From Bacteroidota bacterium (GTDB taxonomy: Bacteria > Bacteroidota > Rhodothermia > Rhodothermales > JANQRZ01): 64,000 nt of DNA. Below the pieces are notes generated by a model, which was not told where the DNA came from, searched no databases, and saw only the letters and a list, made by a program, of their open reading frames with translations. Made by a program: the position numbers and the translations under genes. Shown here one piece after another: positions 56,708 through 64,000 of this stretch. The DNA lies in assembly GCA_038746285.1 (NCBI GenBank), contig JBCDKT010000011.1, positions 19,431 to 83,430 on the forward strand, given 5' to 3'. Position 1 is the stretch's first letter; each line of letters begins with the position of its first letter.

Positions 56708-57607
56708 ATGGCCGGCTCTGCGCTGTTCTTCAGCCTAATGACGCTTTTCGTCAAGCTGGCTGGGCAGCGGGTTCCGGCGATGGAGATCGTCTTCGCCCGC
56801 TCCGTCTTCATGGTCGCGGGCACGTACGCCCTGCTCCGCCGGACCGGCACCCCCCCGCTCGGCCACAACCGGCGGCTGCTCCTGGCGCGCGGCGTGATCG
56901 GCGCGACGGCGCTCAGCCTGTTCTACTGGGCCATTCCGCGCATCCCGCTCGGCGACGCGACGGCGCTGTTCTACGTCACTCCGATCTGGACAGCGGTCGC
57001 GGCGGCGTTCGTCCTCCGCGAGCGCACGGCGGGGCGCGTGGTCGCCGGCATGGTGGTGAGCCTCCTCGGTGTCGCGCTGATCGCCAAGCCGTCGCTGCTC
57101 TTCGGCGACAGCGCAGCCGGGCTGGACCCGCTCGCCGTCACGGCGACGGTGACCGCCTCCATCCTCTCCGGGCTCGTCTACACGATCGTCCGCAAGCTCC
57201 GCGAGACCGACGCACCGAACGTCATCATCTTCTACCTCTCCGTCGCGGGCATCGTCTTGGCGCTGCCGTTCGCCGGTAGCTGGGTGGTGCCGCAGGGGGT
57301 CGAGTGGCTGTGGCTGCTCGGCGCGGGGGCGACGACGCTGGTCGCGCAGATTTTCCTGACGCACGGGCTCCACCTCGAACAGGCCGGCCGGGCGATGTCC
57401 ATTGGCTACCTGCAGGTAGTCTTCGCGTTCGTGTGGGGCCTCTTCGTCTTCGGGAACGTGCCCGACGGCTGGAGCCTCGGCGGGGCCGCGCTGATCGTCG
57501 GCAGCGTCCTCCTGATCGCCCGGCAGCGAGCGGCGGGCGGTGGCTCGGTGGGAGCGCCTGCGTCGCGGTCACCCGCTCGCTCCAGTGCCCATACCGGCAT
57601 GCGCTAG
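56708..57607 (+). CDS. EamA/DMT family transporter
   Basis: Ten hydrophobic segments and two EamA-like halves. The start is taken at ATG 56708. Confidence 0.75.
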   Translation: MAGSALFFSLMTLFVKLAGQRVPAMEIVFARSVFMVAGTYALLRRTGTPPLGHNRRLLLARGVIGATALSLFYWAIPRIPLGDATALFYVTPIWTAVAAAFVLRERTAGRVVAGMVVSLLGVALIAKPSLLFGDSAAGLDPLAVTATVTASILSGLVYTIVRKLRETDAPNVIIFYLSVAGIVLALPFAGSWVVPQGVEWLWLLGAGATTLVAQIFLTHGLHLEQAGRAMSIGYLQVVFAFVWGLFVFGNVPDGWSLGGAALIVGSVLLIARQRAAGGGSVGAPASRSPARSSAHTGMR

Positions 57608-58384
57608 AACGTCCTCAATGGCCCTGACTACGGCTTCGGCCTTGCGGTCGTCGAGCGCGTCGGGGTGCGGCGGCGCGAACCGGCCCGCGTCGTTGTCGAA
57701 GTACTGCCCGGAGGCTCCGGCGAACGCGTCCGACAGCGAGGCCTGCACCAGAATGTCCACGCCGATGCCAACGTCCTTGCCTGCCGTCCCGAACGCGCTG
57801 CGGACCATCTTCGTGCCGAGCAGAGACCCGGGGTTGACCGCGACCACGCTCGGCCCTTCCGCGCCGACCTCCCCGGCGAGGTAGCGCGACCACATCGTCA
57901 GCGCCAGCTTGCTCTGGGCGTAGGCCACCCCGTCGGAGAGGTGCCCCTGTCCTGCGAGGGCGGCGAGGTCCACCGGTGCCTGCGCAGCCGAGGACAGGTT
58001 GACGACGCGCCCGGCGGGCGGAATCAGCGGCAGAAGGCGCCGCGTCAGCAGGTAGGGCGCAATGGCATTGACGGCGAAGCGGATGTCCAGCCCGTCGGCG
58101 GTCCGGGGGTCCGCAGCACTGTAGACGCCCGCGTTGTTGATCAGCACGTCGAGGCGCTCGTAGCGCTCGGCCACGGTGTCGGCCAGCGCGGACACCTCGG
58201 CAAGCACCGAGAGGTCCGCGGCGGTGCGCTCGGCGGTTCCCGACGCCGACAGCTCGGCCTCCACCCGGTCGAGCTTGTCCGGGTCGCGGCCGTGGAAGAG
58301 TACGCGGTGACCGTCGGCAGTAAGGCGGCGGGCGGTCCCCAGCCCGATGCCGTCGGTGGAGCCGGTGATGAGGATCGTCTTCAT
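57569..58384 (-). CDS. Short-chain dehydrogenase/reductase (SDR)
   Basis: MKTILITGSTDGIGLGTA (TGxxxGxG), NNAG and YAQSKLA (YxxxK). Confidence 0.85.
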   Translation of the reverse strand: MKTILITGSTDGIGLGTARRLTADGHRVLFHGRDPDKLDRVEAELSASGTAERTAADLSVLAEVSALADTVAERYERLDVLINNAGVYSAADPRTADGLDIRFAVNAIAPYLLTRRLLPLIPPAGRVVNLSSAAQAPVDLAALAGQGHLSDGVAYAQSKLALTMWSRYLAGEVGAEGPSVVAVNPGSLLGTKMVRSAFGTAGKDVGIGVDILVQASLSDAFAGASGQYFDNDAGRFAPPHPDALDDRKAEAVVRAIEDVLAHAGMGTGASG

Positions 58385-58390
58385 GGCAGG

Positions 58391-59401
58391 TTACATCTGG
58401 AGAGTCGGAAACTGAGGCAACAGGTCGTCGGCGAGGCACCGAAGCGTCGTCTCGGTGTCGGCCCGGTTGAACCGGAGGTTGAGTGCGACGTGGTTGACGC
58501 CGGCCGTCTCCAGCGCCCCGAGGTACGCCGCGAGCGCACGCATACCCGACCGCATCCCGAGGTGCAACGGCCGGGGTGCTGCGTCGGGGTCGTCGTCCAG
58601 GTCCACGTAGAGCGGCTGCATGACGGGCTTGCCGAACGTACCCGGAATGAGCGCTCGGTAGTCGCGGACCGCCTGCGCCTGGACGGCGGCGGCGCGTGGA
58701 TAGGTCATCCACCCGTCGCCGTGCGCCGCGACCCAACTGGGAGCCTGGCGGCTGCCTCCGGTGATGAGCAGCGGAAGCTGACCGACAACGGGCTTGGGCA
58801 GGAGGTCTATCCCGCCGCCGACCCGGCCGTACGGACTGTCGAGGCTGGGCGAAGGCTCGGCTATCCGGCGGAGGTAAGCGTAGGCCTCCCGGAACCGCTC
58901 ACCCCGCGCCTCGAACCGTTGGCCGAAGGCGGGGTACTCCGCCGGCCGGTCGCCCGAGGCGATGCCGAGGAGGAGTCGCCCGCCCGAGAGCACGTCGGCG
59001 CTCGCGGCGGCCCGGGCGACGTGGGCCGGGTGCCGGAGCGGAAGAATGACGCTCGCCACACCGAGTGCGATCCGCTCCGTCTGCCCGGCCAGCAGGCCGA
59101 GGTACACGAACGGATCGAACGGCTGGCCCGCATCGCCGAACGAAGGCACGTTGAACGGAACGTCGCGGAGCCAGACGGCCGCGAAGCCAAGTCGCTCGGC
59201 CAGCCGGACGCGCTCGGCGTGGCGCTCCATCGCCGGCACCGGCCCCTGCGCGTACGTCTCAATCGGGACCACGAGGCCCAGCGTCAGCCGGCCGGGCTGA
59301 AAGACCGAGCGGTAGCCCCGGTTGAGGGGTCTGAACGGTGCGGACTCCAAGCGCTCAGCGGTCGGCGTAGCCTCAGCCACGGGGCTACCTGGCAAAGCCA
59401 C
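58391..59401 (-). CDS. Luciferase-like (LLM class) flavin-dependent oxidoreductase
   Basis: LTLGLVVPIETY......ERLGFAAVWLRDVP...LLGIASGDRPAEYPAFG is the LLM pattern. Confidence 0.78.
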   Translation of the reverse strand: MALPGSPVAEATPTAERLESAPFRPLNRGYRSVFQPGRLTLGLVVPIETYAQGPVPAMERHAERVRLAERLGFAAVWLRDVPFNVPSFGDAGQPFDPFVYLGLLAGQTERIALGVASVILPLRHPAHVARAAASADVLSGGRLLLGIASGDRPAEYPAFGQRFEARGERFREAYAYLRRIAEPSPSLDSPYGRVGGGIDLLPKPVVGQLPLLITGGSRQAPSWVAAHGDGWMTYPRAAAVQAQAVRDYRALIPGTFGKPVMQPLYVDLDDDPDAAPRPLHLGMRSGMRALAAYLGALETAGVNHVALNLRFNRADTETTLRCLADDLLPQFPTLQM

Positions 59402-59741
59402 CGACCGGTGTCATGTACACCGGATCAAGACCGCCGACCTGCTCCTTCAACTCGTCGGTCAGTTCGCTGTAGACGACAAACTGCTCCACGTCGACGAGGT
59501 CCATGAACCGGTCCTGAAAGGTGCTCCATGTGGGTAGGTGGGCCATCGCCGCGTCTGCGTCGCGGTAGCGCTCGTAGACGCGGAGCCGCTGCCCGTCGGG
59601 GTCGATGGTCCATTCGTAGTTGAGGGTACCCGGCTCAGGCCGGACAGCCTCGACCATCTCGTGCATCAGCGCCTCGAGCGCGTCGCGGCGGCCGTCTTTG
59701 ATGGGGCCTTCGAGGGTCCAGATGATGTTATCGTTGAACAT
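59385..59741 (-). CDS. Antibiotic-biosynthesis-monooxygenase (ABM/dimeric alpha-beta barrel)-like protein
   Basis: 118 aa with EPGTLNYEW......LRVYERYRDADAAMAHL, typical of the ABM fold. It overlaps the LLM gene start. Confidence 0.55.
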   Translation of the reverse strand: MFNDNIIWTLEGPIKDGRRDALEALMHEMVEAVRPEPGTLNYEWTIDPDGQRLRVYERYRDADAAMAHLPTWSTFQDRFMDLVDVEQFVVYSELTDELKEQVGGLDPVYMTPVGGFAR

Positions 59742-59774
59742 GGCGTAGAAGGGATGAGCAGCGGGAACGAGGTC

Positions 59775-60077
59775 TCAAGTGAGATCGTCGGTGCCCTCGA
59801 TCAGAAAATGGTGGCTGGTCGAGTGCTTGAGACGGGACTGTAGATACGGCCGGTAGGCGGGGTCGTTCTCGAAGGCGCGGGCGGCTTCCGCCGAAGGCCA
59901 CTCGATGACGATGCGGAGCGCGGCGTCTGCGCCGTCGCCCTCGAGCCGCTCGTGGGTGGCGGTCCGGGCGAGGTACCTGCCGCCGTGCTCGGCGACGAGC
60001 TTGTTGGCAACGGGCAGGTAGTCGTCGATCCAGTCTTCGGAGGTCGGGGTGACGGCGAGGACGGAGTAGGCAGGCAT
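59775..60077 (-). CDS. DUF1330 domain protein
   Basis: MPAYSVLAVTPTS.......YLPVANKLVAEHGGRYLAR......LEGD......IVIEWPSAEAARAFENDPAYRPY. Confidence 0.7.
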   Translation of the reverse strand: MPAYSVLAVTPTSEDWIDDYLPVANKLVAEHGGRYLARTATHERLEGDGADAALRIVIEWPSAEAARAFENDPAYRPYLQSRLKHSTSHHFLIEGTDDLT

Positions 60078-60225
60078 GGTGCTCAAGAGGTGTGGTGAGT
60101 GAAGAAGCACGTTCGGTGCCGGCACGGGCAGCCGCCGCGTGCGAGGCGAACCGTGCTCGAGGTGGAACCCGGCGTCTGTTTATGCGATCCATCGATTCTC
60201 ATCACCCGAACCATCACATCTACTC

Positions 60226-61158
60226 ATGGACTCCAGCACGCTCGACCTCCGCCACCTCCGCCTTGTCCGTGCTGTGGTGGAAGAAGGAACGCTCACGGCG
60301 GCGGGCAACCGGCTCTCGCTCTCGCAGTCGGCGCTCTCGCACCAACTCCGCGATGTCGAAGACCGGCTCGGGATCGCGCTGTTCGAGCGGCGCGGCCGGT
60401 CGCTCGTGCTGACCGAGGCCGGCGGGCGCGTGCTCGACGCGGCCCGGGTCGTGCTCGACGAGGTGAGCCGGGCCGAGGCCGACCTCGACGTGCTCGCGGC
60501 GGGCAAGAGCGGGACGCTTCGGGTTACGGCCGAGTGCTACACGACCTACCACTGGCTCCCGCTCGTGCTCGGCACCTACCGCGAGGCGTGGCCGCTCGTG
60601 GACGTGGAGATCGTAGCGGGGGCCTCGGAGCGGCCCGGGGCCGCGCTCCTCGACCGCCGGGTGGACGTAGCCCTCGTCACGACCGTGGACCGGGCAGACG
60701 GCCTCGCGCTCACCGAACTGTTCGAGGACGAGGTCGTCGCGGTGGTGGCCGAGAGCCACCCGTGGGCGGGGCGAGCACACGTCGAGCCGGCGGCCTTCGA
60801 CGGCGAGCAGGTGTTCGTCTGGCACACATGCACCGAGCGTGACTGCGTGCTCTCGCTCGTGGCGGCGGCCGGGGCTACGCCCAGCCGGATCATCCCGGTC
60901 CCACTCTCCACCGAAGGAGCCGTCGGGATGGTCCGGGCCGGCCTGGGCGTGACAGCAATGGCACGCTGGGCGGCTGCCCCGTACCTCGAACAGGGCGGGC
61001 TTGCTGACGTGCCGGTCACCGAAGACGGCGTGCGGCGCCGGTGGTACGTGGCAATGCGGCGAGATCCACGACCGCCGTACGTCGACGCGTTCGTGGACGC
61101 CTTGACTCGGATGGAGCAGCCGGCCCTCCTGAACCCCGGCATGCCTCCGGCTGCGTGA
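60226..61158 (+). CDS. LysR family transcriptional regulator (MetR-like)
   Basis: LDLRHLRLVRAVVEEGTLTAAGNRLSLSQSALSHQLRDVEDRLGIALFER is the wHTH. It is divergent from the DUF1330/ABM/LLM/SDR gene string. Confidence 0.9.
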   Translation: MDSSTLDLRHLRLVRAVVEEGTLTAAGNRLSLSQSALSHQLRDVEDRLGIALFERRGRSLVLTEAGGRVLDAARVVLDEVSRAEADLDVLAAGKSGTLRVTAECYTTYHWLPLVLGTYREAWPLVDVEIVAGASERPGAALLDRRVDVALVTTVDRADGLALTELFEDEVVAVVAESHPWAGRAHVEPAAFDGEQVFVWHTCTERDCVLSLVAAAGATPSRIIPVPLSTEGAVGMVRAGLGVTAMARWAAAPYLEQGGLADVPVTEDGVRRRWYVAMRRDPRPPYVDAFVDALTRMEQPALLNPGMPPAA

Positions 61159-61540
61159 CGCCCCCGCACCCGTCGGGCTACGCCTCAGACCGGGCGACAC
61201 CTCAAGCCGGACGACACCTCAAGCCGGGCAGTTCGCCCTGGTCGCGCGCCGACACCATATTCACCGCTCAGGGTTCTCTGCCAACGCTGGGCTGGGATGC
61301 GCTTCGCGAGCGCCACACGGTTGCCTCCGGCACCCTGCCTGAGCGCGCACAAATCGAGCTGTGCGGGTCGCTCAGGCTGCTGCCTGGGAGACGCGCGCTA
61401 CAGGCTGAGCGGGGGAGACGCGTGCCTGCGTCCGGGCGCACTGTGCGGCGTCAGCCCTCACGAATCCATAAGCCTACGCATAGGGCGAGGCGCGAAAGTG
61501 GCAGTATCATCGGTCGCCTTCGGCTTTTACCTGACGACCC

Positions 61541-64000
61541 ATGCGTACCGCCTTCCTGCTCTCGGCTCTCCTGCTTCCTCTCGCCGCCGACGCCCAGACG
61601 TGGCAGAACGCCGACGTGCGCGGCTACGGCTACGTCAACGGCCTGCTGATCCACCCGCAGACCCAGACTGTCTACAGCCGCACCGACGTGGCGGGCATCT
61701 TCCGCTGGGACGGTGCCCGGTGGACGAACCTCCTCGACGGCGAGTTCACGCGCTCCCAGCTCTGGCCCGCCGCGGCCGAGGCGTTCGCACTCGACCCCCG
61801 CGTACCCGGCCGGCTCTGGGTCGCGCTCGGCAACAACCTCACCTCCGAAGGCGAAGCCTCGCTCGTCGTGCGCTCGGACGATGACGGGCAGACCTGGACG
61901 GCCACCAACTTCCCCCCGACGGTCGGCATGGCAGGCAACGGGTCGTGGCGGCGCAGCGGCGAGCAGCTGGCCGCAGACCCCAACGACTCCGACGTGGTCT
62001 ACTTCGCCAGCCACGCCGACGGCCTCTGGCGGACCGTCAACGGCGGCGCGTCGTGGGGCCGGGTGACGAGCTTCCCGAGCCTCGGCGACGAGGGCGGACC
62101 GGGCGACGGTCCCTGCCCCGAGGTCGACCCCGACGGCTGCGGGCCGGGCGGCCTCTCGTTCGTCGTCTTCGACGACCGCACGACAGTGACGATCGCCGGC
62201 CGGACCGTGACGGCGAACGTCTACGTAGGTGCCCTCGGCGACGGGGTCTGGCGCTCGGCCGACGGCGGGCGGACGTGGGCGCTCGCTGTCCCCGGCCCCG
62301 GCACGCGCGACAACCCGATGCGCGCCGCCTTCACCCACGGCCGCCTCCAGGTCGGCTTTAGCGGCGACGGGGGCTTTGCCGGCGACGGCGCGATCCTCGT
62401 CTACGTCCCCGACGGCAGCGGCTCGGGCGGGACGGTGGCCGACAAGACGCCGCCTGAGGCGTGCCCGCTCTACGGCACCTACGACTGGAATGAGATCGCC
62501 TCCCACCCCACTGACCCCGACTTCGTCGTCGCGATCCCCTACGGCGTCGTAGCGCGCAAAGTGTTCTTCACGCGCAACTTCACCGACCCCAACCCGACCT
62601 GGGAGATCCAGACCGACGAAGGCCCGTACGCCGAGTGCCCGGCTCAGCAACTCGATTACACGCTCAACCAGGTGGTGTGGGCGGGCGAGGAAGACGGCGC
62701 GTTCTCGTACGGCGGGGCCGCTGCGTTCGACCTCGAAGACCCGCGCCGGGTCTGGTTTACGACAGGCTGGGGCGTGTACCGCTTCGACGACCTCGTCGCC
62801 GACGGCACGACGCTCGACTTCGCGGGCGTGATGGCGGGGCTGGAAGAGTCGTGCGTCCACGACGTCGAGGCTCCCGGCGGCAGCGGCCCGGCAGTCTACT
62901 CAGCCGCGTTCGACACCTTCGGCTGGGCGCACCGCACCGTCGCCGAGGTTCCGGCGACGAGTTTCGACTTCGGCGTGCAGCAGAACGCGACCGACGTGGC
63001 CGTGACGCCGGCCGATCCGCTCCTCGCGGTCGTCGTCGGGGCGCGCAACGGCGGCTACCTCCCCGCCGGGCGCGTCACCCGCGACGGCGGTCTGACGTGG
63101 AGCGACCTCGGTCTCCTCGGCGACCCCAACGACCCGGACGACGCCTGCGAGGCGTTCCTCACCGCCGGCAACATCGCCGTCTCCGCGACCGACCCGGACC
63201 GGATGGTGTGGAGCCCGCAGTCGGCCATCTGGCCGGCGTGCAACGGCTTCAGCGCGCCTGTCGTCACCCCGCCCCACCTCTCGGCCGACGGCGGCCAGAC
63301 GTGGCAGCCCGTCCAGGGCATGGACTTCGACGGCGGCAACTGGGCGACGGGCACCGACTTCGTCGTCAGCCAGCACCTCGTCGCCGACGCCGTTGACGGC
63401 GACCGGTTCTACGCCTACGTCAAGCAGAACAACGCGAGCGGGACCGTCGGCATCTGGGCGAGCGCGGACGGCGGCGCGACCTGGTCCGAGCAGTGCCGGG
63501 GCTGCGTGCCGGACTTCCGCTTCCCCCGCCTCGCGGCGCACCCGCAGCGCGCGGGCGAGGTGTGGGGCAGCTTCGTCAAGACGTTCGGCGTCGACGCCCA
63601 GGCCGACCTGCTACGCAGCACCGACGGCGGCCAGACGTGGAGCCAGATCGCGACGGCCGACAGCGTCTGGGCCTTCGGCTTCGGTGCCCCACTGGCGGGC
63701 GAGACCAATGCTACGCTCTACGCCCACGCCCCCATCAGCGGCGTGGAGGACGTGTGGTACTCGACCGACGACGCGGCGACGTGGCGGCGCTTCGCCGGCA
63801 CAGTGCGCATGCCCACTGGTCTCATCGAGGACCTCGCAGGCGACCCGGACGAGGCCGGCGTGCTCTATGCCGGGACCGGCTGCCGGGGCCTGTGGGAAGG
63901 ACGCCTCGACCGGCCGACGAGCACGGGCATCGCCACCCGGAGCCAGGCTGAGGCACCGCTGCTAGTTCCGTACCCAAACCCGGCCTCGCGCTTCGCCCGC
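61541..64000 (+). CDS. Secreted BNR/Asp-box repeat beta-propeller protein (GH74/sialidase-like), 3' end beyond window
   Basis: Not in the ORF track because it has no stop in the window. Signal MRTAFLLSALLLPLAADAQ. At least seven SxDxGxTW boxes (SDDDGQTW, SADGGRTW, TRDGGLTW, SADGGQTW, SADGGATW, STDGGQTW, STDDAATW). The terminal LLVPYPNPA looks like the start of a T9SS CTD. The minus ORF 61451..62860 is its shadow. Confidence 0.8.
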   Translation, partial: MRTAFLLSALLLPLAADAQTWQNADVRGYGYVNGLLIHPQTQTVYSRTDVAGIFRWDGARWTNLLDGEFTRSQLWPAAAEAFALDPRVPGRLWVALGNNLTSEGEASLVVRSDDDGQTWTATNFPPTVGMAGNGSWRRSGEQLAADPNDSDVVYFASHADGLWRTVNGGASWGRVTSFPSLGDEGGPGDGPCPEVDPDGCGPGGLSFVVFDDRTTVTIAGRTVTANVYVGALGDGVWRSADGGRTWALAVPGPGTRDNPMRAAFTHGRLQVGFSGDGGFAGDGAILVYVPDGSGSGGTVADKTPPEACPLYGTYDWNEIASHPTDPDFVVAIPYGVVARKVFFTRNFTDPNPTWEIQTDEGPYAECPAQQLDYTLNQVVWAGEEDGAFSYGGAAAFDLEDPRRVWFTTGWGVYRFDDLVADGTTLDFAGVMAGLEESCVHDVEAPGGSGPAVYSAAFDTFGWAHRTVAEVPATSFDFGVQQNATDVAVTPADPLLAVVVGARNGGYLPAGRVTRDGGLTWSDLGLLGDPNDPDDACEAFLTAGNIAVSATDPDRMVWSPQSAIWPACNGFSAPVVTPPHLSADGGQTWQPVQGMDFDGGNWATGTDFVVSQHLVADAVDGDRFYAYVKQNNASGTVGIWASADGGATWSEQCRGCVPDFRFPRLAAHPQRAGEVWGSFVKTFGVDAQADLLRSTDGGQTWSQIATADSVWAFGFGAPLAGETNATLYAHAPISGVEDVWYSTDDAATWRRFAGTVRMPTGLIEDLAGDPDEAGVLYAGTGCRGLWEGRLDRPTSTGIATRSQAEAPLLVPYPNPASRFAR

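Overview
High-GC bacterial chromosomal window. By eye it is roughly two-thirds G+C; I did not compute this. Its hallmarks are Bacteroidota/Rhodothermota-like: T9SS C-terminal sorting domains, DUF3078 and DUF5103/T9SS-plug-like proteins, and an Hc1 histone-like protein. I call about 60 protein genes, mostly housekeeping: dnaE, uvrC, miaA, moeB, moaDE, purC, purS, pta, clpS, pssA and pruA. I also call one tRNA-Leu(UAA), several simple or tandem repeats, and a few sigma70-like promoters and intrinsic terminators. Many long ORFs in the supplied track are antisense shadows of real genes, as expected at high GC, and were not called. Accessory or unusual content, in my order of interest:
1. A translationally overlapping P-loop NTPase + TPR gene pair directly 3' of the tRNA-Leu, with no recognisable effector (24074-27059).
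2. A 1.2-kb ORF-free region between a WS/DGAT gene and pssA. It has a sigma70-like promoter, many plus-strand C(UUCG)G hairpins and a strong intrinsic terminator, so it is a candidate ~730-nt structured RNA that I cannot assign to RNase P, tmRNA or a group II intron. A cluster of DnaA boxes lies just upstream.
3. A visibly lower-GC ~7.3-kb block (40.5-47.8 kb) carrying a tyrosine recombinase. It separates moeB from moaDE, is bracketed by a 14-bp perfect inverted repeat, and is peppered with a recurring CYGTTATTGCA motif.
4. A type II R-M pair (HNH endonuclease + SPPF methyltransferase).
5. A purine/pyrimidine hairpin repeat family, with one copy inserted in-frame in a CDS.
6. A lone phage Gp157-like gene next to fxsA.
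7. A ParE/RelE-type TA pair.
8. An SCP2 / phasin-DUF2188 / WS-DGAT lipid-body cluster.
All functional calls rest on motif-level recognition by eye. No database search was run.
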